Shown here piece after piece: positions 1-12,857 of a stretch of DNA of 64,000 nt. The DNA lies in assembly GCA_020137815.1 (NCBI GenBank), contig CM035350.1:5332001-5396000 (forward strand). Reading direction: 5' to 3'. The translations under genes were made by a program, and so were the position numbers. Origin of the DNA: Hormiphora californensis (taxonomy: Eukaryota > Animalia > Ctenophora). The notes beneath the pieces are model-generated. The model was given only the letters and a program-made list of their open reading frames with translations. It was not told where the DNA came from and did not search any database. How positions within the stretch are numbered: the stretch's first letter is position 1; the number at the start of each line of letters is the position of its first letter.

Positions 1-276
1 GTGTCTCTTGTGGTTGTCCAATTTAGCTGATCTTGGTCACATTGGAAAGCTAATCGATAGCCAAACATAATTGGTTAAATTTTGAACCGGAAAATATTTT
101 TTCCTGGAATGAATGACAATGTTCATTCCGTTCATGAAAATGAATTTTGAGCTAGAGCTCTGATTTTTCTGTCAGGATCAAGATAGACATAGTGGAGCAA
201 CCCTGCCAAGTTACAGCTCTCCACCACATCGGCAACTATGGTGGTCTAGGGGGGGCATTTTTTTTGCCGCACACGG
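1..276. mobile_element. One end of a Tc1/mariner-type non-autonomous DNA element (other end outside the window)
   Basis: Ends ...TTTTTGCCGCACACGG followed by TA. The reverse complement aligns by eye with 43361-43590 (shared CCCTAGAC, AACTTGGCAG, TAGCTCAAA, CGGAATGAACATTGTCA). Confidence 0.55.
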
Positions 277-1139
277 TATGTTATTATGAAACAAAAAGAG
301 AGCTTGTGACGTCAATCTCTTTCCCAGAACTACTAGATAAGCTGTGATCTCTTTTTCTAGAACTCTTCTTTCATCGTTCTCACATGCACAATGGAAAACT
401 AGCTGAACTGATCAATTGTACGTTTGATTTCTTTCTCTACTGCAACAAAGACCGGCATATCAAATACAGCACTGAATTGTGCAGCTGTTGATATGCAGTG
501 ATCAAAATCAGAACAAACTGAGATATATTTCTTATTTTACCGCTGGCCAGTTTGACAGTGGATAATTCATTTTATACCCCACCCTTCACCCTCACTCTTT
601 CTAATATAATTTCCTAATTAATGGAAAAATCTACACTAACTAGATGAGGAGTTATGACGCGTGACCCCTTAGTTAATTTGACCCAACAACAGTGTGATGA
701 TGATCTAACTCACACACAGATCTATCAGTCATATCTCCATGTCAGAGATGAGCTAGTAGAGAGATGCAGTGTGTGATCGCATTCCAATTGCATTCCATCG
801 GTCCAGGGGGGTCCAATACGCAGTGTATGAGGGAGGATCGGTTTTGGTTAGAACAACACAGGGGAGACTTTTCAGATACGCCCCGCTCTATACACCCTCC
901 CCCTTTGCCCTAATTCTACTCCCCCTTTACTCCTCTCTCTCTGTGTCCTTTTTCTCCCCTCGGCCTCATATGTGCAGGAAGGGGGTTTAGTTTTTCTTTG
1001 GCGTGATTACAATTAAAAATATAAATTGAATATATGGGCAACAGCGGGATTGGGTGAAGACGGAGTAATTTGTAAGAATCTGCTAGCGTCTCTCTCTGTT
1101 TTCTCATGTAGTAACCCAATGTGCATTTAAATTGTGGAG

Positions 1140-1313
1140 AGAGAAGAAAGAGAGGGGAGAAGGGGAAGAAGGAAGGGAAAAAAGAGAGAGAAAGGGAGAG
1201 AAGGGAGAAGAAAAGGGGGGAAGAAGGGGGGGGTTTTTTTAAAATTTTTTTTTGGGGGGGGGGGGGGGGGGGTTTTTTTTTTTTTTTTTTTTTTGCCCCC
1301 CCCCCCCCCCCCC

Positions 1314-1361
<48 letters not shown>

Positions 1362-1613
1362 TTTTTTTTTTTTTGGATTTTTTTTTTTTCCCCCCCCCCC
1401 CCGGGGGGGGGTTTTTTTTTTCCCCCCCTTTTTTTTGCCCCGCCCTTTCTTTTTTCCCCCCCCCCTTTAAACCCCTTTTTCCCCCCCGCCCCTTTTTAAG
1501 AGTGGGTAGTTTTNNNNNNNNNNNNNNNNNNNNNNNNNNNNNNNNNNNNNNNNNNNNNNNNNNNNNNNNNNNNNNNNNNNNNNNNNNNNNNNNNNNNNNN
1601 NNNNNNNNNNNNN
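1140..1613. other. Low-quality homopolymer sequence plus 100-N assembly gap (1514-1613)
   Basis: Runs of G/T/C/A next to an N-run; the ORFs called here are artefacts. Confidence 0.95.
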
Positions 1614-1669
1614 AGCAAAAACGGGCGAGCGAAAAAAATAATAAAATAATCAAATGGATGAGTTACAGC

Positions 1670-1983
1670 GAGCCAGAGAGGAACAGCCAGCCCGTTCCAG
1701 AGGCAAGCTGACCCCGCTCAAGAAGACACCCCGCCCTTTTCCAGAAAAGCCAGCTGACCCCGTTCCGAGAAGCCAGCTGCCCCCCTTTCCAAAAAGCATG
1801 ACCCCCGTTCCAGAAAGCCAGTGCCCCCCTTTCCAAGAAGCACCCCACCCTTTTCCAGAGAAAAGACGTGACCCCTTTCCCCGTAAGGCAGTGCCCCTTC
1901 CATAATAAAACAGTGACCCCGCTCCAGAGAAGACAGCCACCCCGTTCCAGAGAAGACAGCTGACCCCGCTCCAGTAAGGACAG

Positions 1984-1988
<5 letters not shown>
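1670..1988. repeat. Degenerate ~20-22 bp minisatellite (CAGCTGACCCCGTTCCAGAAAAG-like), followed by (CT)n
   Basis: Recurrent CAG(C)TGACCCC(G/C)(T/C)TCCAG units, then (CT)n to ~2057. Confidence 0.8.
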
Positions 1989-2047
<59 letters not shown>

Positions 2048-3901
2048 TTCTCTCCCTCACACCCTGTCAGCTGCAGTGTTACGGACTATCTCGCCAAGAA
2101 ATAACACCGAGATCAGCTGAACCCGGGTCACATTACAAGGGTTGTACGACAACTTGAGCTGTGGTTTCATGGTATATCATGGACCAAATATAGGGGGTTG
2201 ATCACCTAATTAGGAGTAATTAATGTAGCGGCCACAGAATTGAGGCCACTTATTAATTTCACCATCATTCAAACTAGCTAGCAGGTGCTATATCAAACAT
2301 CAAGGGAAATCAGTTAACGCCAGACTGACTCCACCAGGAATCACACATTATTGAAACATGACAAACTTAGGTATGAACCTTGAATTCCCGTCAGGCCAAT
2401 CTTGATGGGGTTTCTCCCCCCTCCGCCAAAGAAAAATAGGGTCGGCCATGCTTGACGGTGGGCGGGGAAGGGAAAGAGGGGAAGGGGGGTGAAAGGTAGT
2501 AAAACCTCGGTTTTTCTTTCGATCCACTATTAAAACCAAAAACGGGCCCTTTTAGTAGTGGAGCTAACAGGGGGACTAAGTTAGGTCCGTAGCGCGAACA
2601 CAGAGGGCTGCAACATGCCCAAGTTACCAAGTACCTACTAACAGGGGCCAGGAGGGACCACGAAGCACCAACAGAAGACGACCGAATTTAGGAGAGTTTT
2701 GGGACAACCAAATAAAGACCAGCGAGGATAGACATAGTCAAGCCTTTTTTAAGAGTACGGCTGGTCACAAGATAGTGTAGCCCGAGGGAACAGTGCCGGG
2801 GGAGGGGGAAAAGCAAAATAAAAAACCCGGGGGGTTTTGGGGGCCCAAATGGGGGGGGGGGAAAAAAAAAAAAAACCCCCCCCCCCTCTCTTTTCTTTTC
2901 TCTCCTCTCTCTCCTCTCTCTCTCTTCCCCCCAAATTCTCTCTCTTCCCTCATTTACTGGTTAGTTTGCAGTATTTCAAAACCCGTCACATTTTGATACA
3001 TACAGTCACACACACGACCAACAAACCTACAAAGATATATTATGCACGTCAATCTACGCACCTTATTTGTTGAGATAAACTTTAAAGTTCAAATTGGCTG
3101 AGATGAACTTCAAATTCTGTTGTTTCATCTACTCCATCGGTAGTTCCCCCTCTACTACTGCTGCTGCGGCAGAGAGGAACAATTCCCTAGAGCCCTTGCT
3201 CCCAAGAGAATTTCAAGCTGTCATACTCTAATAGCGCTGTTGTAGTGAGCGTATCCAGCGCTGGATTTAACATTTCTTAGCCGCAGTACCTGAAAATAAT
3301 TTGAGATAACAAATTTGAAATTACAAACCCCAATAATCATCGCCCCCTCCCCGATTAGTGGTTAGGACTCAAGTTGCTATGGTTACCACAAAACAACTCT
3401 ACCATGGTAGGCTCACGTTTATGTGGTGACCGGTGAAGTGGCGGGTAAACGATCAGTGTCAATATTATTGGTTTCCTAGATCACTCCCCTCCCCCTGTAA
3501 CCTAGATACCACATGTGCCACGTGACATGTTTACACACACGTTATAATTAATGTATTGATCTAGATAGTATCAGGAGATGAGGAAAGCACATGGAGGGCA
3601 ACTCTAACAGAAACAGCTGCTCTAAGTGGGAATGAGAAGAGGTTTACCCGAGAATGATGAGAATCTCAATTAATCAGTACCAAGTAGGATCATATTATGA
3701 AGTCAATAAAAACTCAGTGGACCCAGTGTGTGTGTGCTTATCACGGGACTGTGGTGTGTGATGTGAAGTGGGTGAACCACAAATCTGCTCCCTCTCTGTT
3801 AGATCGTGATCACATACATCCCCTTTATATAGCCCGATTATTATAGCAGCTCCTAACCATATTCTATACAGTCTGTGTTGTGTGTTTTGTTCTGATATAC
3901 C

Positions 3902-6462
3902 ATGGATGCAGTTAGGGATTTCTTTAACGGCTCCTCCTCCTCAAGTAGCTCCTCCTCTAGCAGTTCCTCTTCCAGCAGCAGTGATACCCTGCGGAACTAC
4001 AGTGGTAATGAGGAGGAGAGGGTGCAGAAGAGAAGGACGGTGAGGGAGCGGAGACAAGCAGAGAGGAGGGCAGTAAGGAGGCAGGCAAGAAGGGTCAAGA
4101 GAAGGGAGGAGAGACATGCTGGTCAACAGCAAATGAAGATGGATACTTCCCTTGATATGAGTGCTAAAGGTAGCCTATGTGACGCCACTGCTCCAGCCTT
4201 GCCTGAATTGGAAATCAAAACAAAAGAATTGAAGATTGAAGGGGAACATAAACTGATCGGAGGACCTAGCACTTGTACTCCGGAACTCGTGCTCGAAGTC
4301 AACCAGCCCGAGATAGCAATCTGCGATGCAGTTGCTCCAGCTTTGCCAGAATTAAAAATCGAAACAAAAGAATTGAAGATTGAAGGGGAGCATAAACTGA
4401 TCGGAGGACCTAGCACTTGTACCCCAGAACTCGTGCTCGATGCCCACCAACCCGAGATAGCAATCTGTGATGCCAAAGCTCCTGCTTTGCCAGAATTAAA
4501 AATCGAAACAAAAGAATTGAAGATTGAAGGGGAGCATAAACTGATCGGAGGACCTAGCACTTGTACTCCGGAACTCGTGCTCGATGCCCACCAACCCGAG
4601 ATAGCAATCTGCGATGCAGTTGCTCCAGCCTTGCCTGAATTAAAAATCGAAACAAAAGAATTGAAGATTGAAGGGGAGCATAAACTGATTGGAGGACCTA
4701 GCACTTGTACCCCAGAACTCGTGCTCGATGCCCACCAACCCGAGATAGCAATCTGCGATGCAGTTGCTCCAGCCTTGCCAGAATTAAAAATCGAAACAAA
4801 AGAATTGAAGATTGAAGGGGAACATAAACTGATCGGAGGACCTAGCACTTGTACCCCAGAACTCGTACTCGATGCCCACCAACCCGAGATAGCAATCTGC
4901 GATGCAGTTGCTCCAGCCTTGCCAGAATTAAAAATCGAAACAAAAGAATTGAAGATTGAAGGGGAACATAAACTGATCGGAGGACCTAGCACTTGTACCC
5001 CAGAACTCGTACTCGATGCCCACCAACCCGAGATAGCAATCTGCGATGCAGTTGCTCCAGCTTTGCCGGAATTAAAAATCGAAACAAAAGAATTGAAGAT
5101 TGAGGAGGAGCATAAACTGATCGGAGGACCTAGCACTTGTACCCCAGAACTCGTACTCGATGCCCACCAGCCAGAGATAGCAATCTGCGATGCAGTTGCT
5201 CCTGAGGAGTACTGTCACGAACAGACAAGTACTATCATCTTCGGAGGTCCAGAATCATGTCTCCCAGAGAGGGAGTTTGAGTTTGAAGCTGGAGAGGGCG
5301 AGTACGAGGTCGAAGTGACGTACGATGGAGGTAAGAAATAAAGCTGCTACGAACCTTTGTCTACCTCCAGTGAGAGGTGTAATTGTTGCCAATGTTACCA
5401 TGGAATTACAATGAGCAACCCCCACCCATAAATAACACCCGTTATACTGTTTCAGTTGAGGAGCACGTCCCGATTGAGGGACCTGATTTTGACGCCAGTG
5501 CCATGAGTATTGAGGAGATCTCTCGAGAACTTCGTGATGCTGCCATTGATAACACAGTACATGTGGAGACCCATACCGAGACGATCACCTTCGCCGAACT
5601 CACATCAGGCGGATACGAGGAGGGACATTGTGTTGAGGATCAGATAACACCAACAGATCACCATGGTGATCTAGATATAACTCCTACCAACGGTGAAGTG
5701 ATCTTTTCTGGTGGACAGGGTGAGTCACAAATTAGGAATTCCTCCTTGGTTGATGATATTTTTGGCTGAGCACTACTCAGTGAGCTTTCTGCAGTCCCAG
5801 ACAGTCAGTGAGTAGTCCCTGACTGGAATAAAACTAGTAAAACCCTATTTCTCTGACTAAACTCCGTGCAGACAAACTAAAACCCTACTTTTTCAGAAAC
5901 CATGGACTTGGGGAGTGGGGGAGTCATGTACACCAACACAGTTACCTACACAACCAGCTGTGAGACAGATGTCCATGTGGAATCTGGACATCACGTGGAA
6001 ATCACCAGTGAGTTCCATGACGAGGAGGAGCATCATCACGAGGAGCATCACCACGAGGAGCATCATTATGATGATGAGCATGAACATGATGATTCAGAGC
6101 ATGATGAGAATGATGCTATGCATGCCCACCATGACGATGATACCCATCATATTGAGTTTGGAGGACATCAGAAGAGATCCGGTGGTTTCCTGTCCAGAGT
6201 TCATGGAATGGTGGATCGTGTGGGTGATTCAATTCACCACATTCGTCACCATGGTGACGACCATCACCATGGTGACCATCATCACCACAACCGGGACAGG
6301 GTTCACCACATGGTGGATAGGATTGGACACAGGATTGATGATGCCATTCATCACCGTCGTGGACACCATGGTGATGAGCATCACCGTGGTGATGAGCATC
6401 ACCACGGTGATGAGCATCACCATGGTGATGAACATCATCATGAAGGTGAACATCATCACTAG
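3902..6462 (+). CDS. Uncharacterised ~752-aa protein: Ser-rich and Arg-rich N-terminus, 7x48-aa Cys-containing repeats, acidic segment, His/Asp/Glu-rich tail
   Basis: Exons 3902-5330, 5456-5719, 5897-6462 joined by two phase-1 introns (GTAAG...TTCAG; GTGAG...TTCAG). Total 2259 nt, in frame to TAG. TATA-like TTTATATAG at ~3823. Confidence 0.8.
4178..5203 (+). repeat. Coding tandem repeat, 144-bp unit x7 plus a partial unit
   Basis: Units start at 4178, 4322, 4466, 4610, 4754, 4898, 5042, 5186 and encode CDAVAPALPELKIETKELKIEGEHKLIGGPSTCTPELVLDAHQPEIAI. Confidence 0.97.
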
Positions 6463-7770
6463 CCTGAATCCTACTGAAGTAAATTGTCTCTTGGAACGGC
6501 AAATGGAGCCAGGAGTGTCGCACAACGGACATTACAAACGCTCTACCGCCTGAATAATTTACGCAGTGAGAGACTGTTGCATATCAAAAGCCTACTTATG
6601 GTATTTAGAATATATACGAGACATACATATTTTTGATAGAATTCGTCCCCTTTTTTCAATGATATGAATATGTTAGATTAGATCAACAACTATTTTTACT
6701 ACTACTCTAGCGGCAGCTATTGTAGTAGTGGTCCCAAGTGTGTCACTTTGATCTTTGTCCCCATATATTATAGCTGGTATCAACCAAGATACTCACATAC
6801 TGAATTAGGACATTTGAATAGCAACAAAGTTCGTTACGGTATATATATGTCATACGATCCCGAACCTATTTTGTAGAATATGCGGCCGAGTCGGCAAACC
6901 TAGTTTTGTGAGTGACCGAAAGGGATAACTCAGTAGAATAACAGGGTGGCCTTCCGAAAATGAGGGTCAATTTCCAAGTATCTCTGGACCCAGTTGTAAT
7001 ACAAGGAACTCTACCATAAAGTTGTCCAAGTAAAACTGTATGGTAGAGTTCCTTGTACTTGATACGCATGGCCCGATCGCCATGAAACGACACTTAAGTT
7101 TTCCGAGTATTTTGGTTCAGTTCTTGTTATCTCATATTAATATTAATACCATCCTTTCCGGATAGGATTGGACACATGTTAATATCTCCCTTGTTGTTGC
7201 ATATGCTCCAACCAATGACAAGGATGACGCGGTCAAGGAGGAGTTTTACAACCAGTTGTCATCGGTTTTGGATAGGCTCCCCCGGCAGGACGTGGTCTTC
7301 CTGGGTGGGGATTTCAACGCGAGGGTTGGTGGTGGGCACTCTCTCCATCAAGTTTCAAATGACAATGGTGAGCGGTTGGAGGATTTGTGTGGTGCTTACC
7401 AGTTGTCTATTGGTGGGAAGATGTTCCCTCATAGGGATCATCACAAAGGAACGTGGAAGTCTCCTGACGGTACCACTGTCACACAGATAGATCATCTGTG
7501 TGTTGGAAACAAGTGGCGAAGTTCTCTGTTAGATGTTAGGGTCCTAAGGAGTGCAGACATCGGGTCTGATCACTACCTGGTACGAGGAAAGGTTAGGATC
7601 CGGCTGAGTGCAGCTAAGAACTGTAGAAAACCTGTCAAAGAGGTTCCAGCCATAGAGAATCTCAGGAAGGGGTGCGACGAGACACGCACGGAATACAATG
7701 TCTCTCTCCGGAACAGGTTCGAATCTCTGGAGCCTGAGGAAAGTCTGGAGGGTCAGTGGGGGCAGTTTAA

Positions 7771-9162
7771 GGGTACGCTAACCAAAATTTTTTTTCGAGT
7801 GCAGGGAAATCTCTCACCGTAGGGTTGTAGGCCATGCCAAGGAGACCTCAAATATGCAATTTGAGCTCTCAAGTCGAATTCATATTTTTGCTACAGCTGC
7901 TTGAAAAATGAACTGAAAATAAGTTTTTGGCATCTTAAAAATACATTTGTAAAGATAGGAGCATGAAAATTTGGGGATTTGAAGAGGACATGAAGGTGAA
8001 TAACCACAAAAAATTTTTTTGCAATCCGAGCTGATTTCCGGTCCTGAGATGGATTTCTTTTTTTCCACTTTAACGCCCTATTTGGCAAAGTTCCGAAAAC
8101 ATGTGAAAGCTGTAAATTGGTGAAAAGTTGCGTCTAACGATTATCTAAGTGGCCATAAATTTTGGGCGTGTCCTTATTTGAGATAAGCTGTACAGAGTTT
8201 TTTTTGTGAAAGCCGTCATTTCAGAAATAAATAAATTCCTTGTATCTCAAAAACGGCTGATCGTAGAGACCTGAGACTATGCTTAAACGATTCAGAAGGT
8301 CCGATTTTGGGGGGGTCTTCTGAGAGACATTTTGCTCCTACTTCAACCGTTTTTGCTGTAATTGCGAAAAACAAATTCTATGAAAAGGGCAAAAGCTAAA
8401 CTCCAATATCCTGTAATTAGGGAATTTTGGCTAAGAAAGGACCGAAACTATGGAAAAATGTGTAACAATCTAATTCCTTCACTATTTGGTCCATATGGGT
8501 CCCTATAATCACCAAAAACAAAATCACAAAAAATCCACGATGGCGAAGATGGGTTTTTGTTTTTCGCAATTACAGCAAAAACGGTTGAAGTAGGAGCAAA
8601 ATGTCTCTCAGAAGACCCCCCCCCAAAATCGGACCTTCTGAATCGTTTTAGCATAGTCCCAGGTCTCTACGATCAGCCGTTTTTGAGATACAGGGAATTT
8701 ATTTATTTCTGAAATGACGGCTTTCACAAAAAAAACTCTGTACAGCTTATCTCAAATAAGGACACGCCCAAAATTTATGGCCACTTAGATAATCGTTAGA
8801 CGCAACTTTTCACCAATTTACAGCTTTCACATGTTTTCGGAACTTTGCCAAATAGGGCGTTAAAGTGGAAAAAAAGAAATCCATCTCAGGACCGGAAATC
8901 AGCTCGGATTGCAAAAAAATTTTTTGTGGTTATTCACCTTCATGTCCTCTTCAAATCCCCAAATTTTCATGCTCCTATTTTTAAAAAAAAATTTTTGAGA
9001 TGCCAAAAACGTATTTACAGGACATTTTTTAAACAGCTGTAGCAAAAATATGAATTCGACTTAAGGGCTAAAATTGCATATTTGAGGTCTCCTTGGTATG
9101 GCCTACAACCCTACGGTGAGAGATTTCCCTGCACTCGAAAAAAAATTTTGGTTAGCGTACCC
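7771..9162. mobile_element. Non-autonomous fold-back DNA transposon, Kolobok-like
   Basis: TTAA TSD (7767-7770, 9163-9166); termini GGGTACGCTAACC...GGTTAGCGTACCC (GG..CC, unlike piggyBac CC..GG); ~605-bp inverted arms, ~180-bp spacer, no transposase. Confidence 0.85.
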
Positions 9163-9344
9163 TTAAGGAGGTAATCGGTGAGGTGTCACTTGAGGTCCTG
9201 GGAGCACGGCCTAAGCAGGTTCGTCAACAGCACCTGTCTCTGGAAACTCGAGACCTTATCTCTCAACGTGCTGAGCTGAAGAAGAATGATCCCGCTGGTG
9301 GATCTGAGTACTCCAGGCTTAACAAGCTGGTCAAGAAGGCCTCA

Positions 9345-10831
9345 CACGGTGTCCCTTAAGGAGGTGAAACCTCGACTAGATAAAGTTTTTTGGAGACCGG
9401 ACCTAGGTTACGTATTTTTGACCGAGGAATCCGAAAAACATAAAATTAAAATCGAAAACGTAGCGGTTTTTGCGTAAAACGGCAAAAACTGTCATTTTTC
9501 AGCGATTTTCGACTTTTTACGCTTTCTAGAGATTTTAAAAATATTTCCTTACAAGATATGATCTTGTGCTTCTAGACTAATAAAATACAATCGATTTGCT
9601 ACAAATTGGTCCCGGGTTTGTGTGATTTGGTCAAAAGCTCTCTTTACTGTGGCCCATCAAAGATGGCCACTCTGCAAATACGTTTTTGGCTCCTGTGGCC
9701 GCAGATGTAAACCAAAAGAAGATTTATTATACACCAAAATTTGCGTCTTCTGAAGGCGAACAACCTGGTTTTTACGAAATTTGATTTCATGCAGGCGTTC
9801 AAAAATTACAGCCGAAAAACTGGTACAGTGGATTTCGGAAATACCCCTACTTCAACAAACCCTAATCCAGATAAGATTTCGAAAAATATACATCTTCATA
9901 CATGAAAATGAAGCTCAGACAAATGCCAACGTGATGCAAAAAACGGGAAGTATGTAACTTATTTCGTTTAGAAGCTATAGCGAAAATAAAAGTGCTTGTA
10001 TTTGCCTTGAAAACACCCTCTAAAAACCATACTTTCAGACAATTTCTGACAATTTCAAACAAATTCTGTCCACAGGGGACTAAGTTGGTGCACTGGAGGT
10101 TACATTTTATTCGTATTGCATTTTTAGACAGATTTGCTATTTTTCAGGGCTTTTAGAGGATGTTTTCAAGGCAAATACAAGCACTTTTATTTTCGCTATA
10201 GCTTCTAAACGAAATAAGTTACATACTTCCCGTTTTTTGCATCACGTTGGCATTTGTCTGAGCTTCATTTTCATGTATGAAGATGTATATTTTTCGAAAT
10301 CTTATCTGGATTAGGGTTTGTTGAAGTAGGGGTATTTCCGAAATCCACTGTACCAGTTTTTCGGCTGTAATTTTTGAACGCCTGCATGAAATCAAATTTC
10401 GTAAAAACCAGGTTGTTCGCCTTCAGAAGACGCAAATTTTGGTGTATAATAAATCTTCTTTTGGTTTACATCTGCGGCCACAGGAGCCAAAAACGTATTT
10501 GCAGAGTGGCCATCTTTGATGGGCCACAGTAAAGAGAGCTTTTGACCAAATCACACAAACCCGGGACCAATTTGTAGCAAATCGATTGTATTTTATTAGT
10601 CTAGAAGCACAAGATCATATCTTGTAAGGAAATATTTTTAAAATCTCTAGAAAGCGTAAAAAGTCGAAAATCGCTGAAAAATGACAGTTTTTGCCGTTTT
10701 ACGCAAAAACCGCTACGTTTTCGATTTTAATTTTATGTTTTTCGGATTCCTCGGTCAAAAATACGTAACCTAGGTCCGGTCTCCAAAAAACTTTATCTAG
10801 TCGAGGTTTCACCTCCTTAAGGGACACCGTG
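9345..10831. mobile_element. Non-autonomous fold-back DNA transposon, Chapaev/CMC-like
   Basis: 4-bp TSD CTCA (9341-9344, 10832-10835); CACGG...CCGTG termini; near-perfect ~680-bp arms (9345-10025, 10151-10831). Confidence 0.85.
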
Positions 10832-12857
10832 CTCACGTTTGGATGATAATAGGTGGGCGGATTGTTTGGCATCGGATTTGGAGAATGCTGCGGTGCATGG
10901 GCGGCAGAGGGAGCTTTGGCAGCACATGAAAGATCTTTCAGGTGTGAGGAAACGCGGCGGTTCTGCTGTTCGCGACGGGAATGGTGAACTCATCGCTGAT
11001 CCTGTTCAACAGCGGGAGCGCTGGGCGGAGCACTTTTCTGAGCTGTTGAACCCCCCTGTAACTACATCACAGCTCTCGGATCTGGATGGTCTGGATGTGG
11101 ACCCGTGTTTTGAGGACCTTGGTGAGGATGATCCTCCACCTTCTCGTGGAGAAGTTTTAGCGGCACTGAAAAGGCTCAAGAATCATAAGAGTCCTGGCGT
11201 TGATGGGATTACGAATGAGCAGCTTCGGTACGGCTCAAGTGGTCTTGTCGGCCCCCTAGTGGATTTGTTTGGTGGAGTCTGGAGGGAGGAGATGGTCCCG
11301 GAGGAGTGGTTGAAGGGGGTCATTTCCGTGATTCCCAAAAAGGGTGACCCCAGTATCTGTTCTAACAACAGGGGTATTACACTGCGGTCAACAACTTCAA
11401 AGTTGTTCCAGATTGTTATGCTGAACCGGTTGGCATCAGGCCTAGAACTAGCACTCAGGGAAAACCAGTGCGGTTTTAGGCGAAACCGTTCTTGTGTGGA
11501 TCAGATTTATTCCCTCCGTACTATCATACAACAGTGTATAACATATAATTTACCATTGTACATAAACTTTATAGACTTTAAATCAGCATTCGATTGTATA
11601 AACAGGGATTTCATCTGGGCATCATTTCGCCATTATGGTCTTCCTGAGAAATATATCCGGATAATTCGTGCGTTTTTTGATGGTACAGTGAGTGCAGTGA
11701 AACATGGTGGGGAACTCTCCGATTGGTTCAATGTTCTTAGTGGTACTGGTCAGGGCGACATCCAGGGGCCGCCAGTCTTTAACATCGTTATAAACTGGGC
11801 AGCTCAGCTTGCTGAGTGTAACAAGACTGTCTCCAGGGGGCTCACTCTTCAGGGTGTTGAGAGTGGGGATGGAGGGGAGTGGCTTCTGGACCTCGATTAC
11901 GCGGATGATATGGCTGTAATGGATGATACAGAGGAAGGGCTCCAGGAGTCTACAGATTTACTGACTAAATACGCTGGGTATGCTGGTTTGAAGATCAATG
12001 CGAAAAAGACTAAAGTTATGGCATTTTCTAAGGGTCTTAACCAGCGTCCCTTTTCGGAGGCGGATACGGTCAACATATCTGTGGAGGGCAATCCGGTTGA
12101 GCAGGTGACCAGTTTCACCTATCTTGGATCGGCTATGTCCTCTGATGGTACCATCGACAAGGAGCTGGGTATCAGGATAGGGAAGGCATACAGTGCATTC
12201 AGTATGCTTTGTAGGATCTGGTACAACCGTAACATCAGGACCTGTACCAAGATCAGGATTTACAGGGCTGCTGTTCTGACGGTGCTTCTCTATGGTTGTG
12301 AGGCCTGGACCACCACGCAGGTACAAGATCGCCGGGTGGAGGCATTCCACCAACGGTGCCTGCGGAGAATCCTGCGAATACAGTGGTTTAGGAGAGTATC
12401 TAACAGGGAGGTACTGGAAAGGGCGGGGATAGAACCAATCTCGAAGTTCATAGGCAATGGGAGACTCCGCTGGTTCGGACACCTGGTTAGAATGCCTGAG
12501 GATAGGGTGCCCAACAAACTCTATCACTGGGTACCTAGTCATGGGAAACGTTCCAGAGGAAAACCGCGTAAAACCTGGTCCTCCTGTGTTCTGAATGACT
12601 ATCGAGACGCTACTGGTCAATCCCAGTCTCTCCGTGCTATTACTAACACTGCAGAGAACAGAAATGAATGGAGACAGCTCACGTCGCTGCGAGCGAGGAT
12701 ACTTGGAGCCGGCCACTCGAATGATTGAGGAGACCGAACCAAGTATCAAGTATCAAGTAAGTACCTTTCCGGCTACGTGAGGCTGCGTACGTGCGCGATG
12801 TACAGTCAGTGCCTGACAAAGTTCTTGGTGATGCCATCAGCCCGCTTCGCGTTGTTA

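Larger units (their letters stand above)
7162..12763 (+). mobile_element. 5'-truncated RTE-clade non-LTR retrotransposon (APE endonuclease + RT), split by two DNA-element insertions
   Basis: APE motifs (AYAPT, GDFNA, QIDH, SDHY), RT motifs (FIDFKSAFD, GQGD, YADD) and RTE-like C-terminus (RSRGKPRKTW). Tandem AAGTATC tail 12741-12763. 9-bp TSD CCTTTCCGG (7153-7161, 12764-12772). Segments 7166-7770 + 9167-9344 + 10836-12728 give 892 contiguous codons. Confidence 0.95.

Noticed and set aside
916-1711. Long Lys/Gly/Pro/Phe-rich ORFs
   Set aside because: They derive from homopolymer low-quality sequence and the N gap.
2749-3073. Short ORFs in G/A/C/T runs
   Set aside because: Low-quality, low-complexity sequence.
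4123-5136. 337-aa antisense ORF
   Set aside because: Shadow of the 144-bp coding repeat; the + strand has the start, splice sites and third-position variation.
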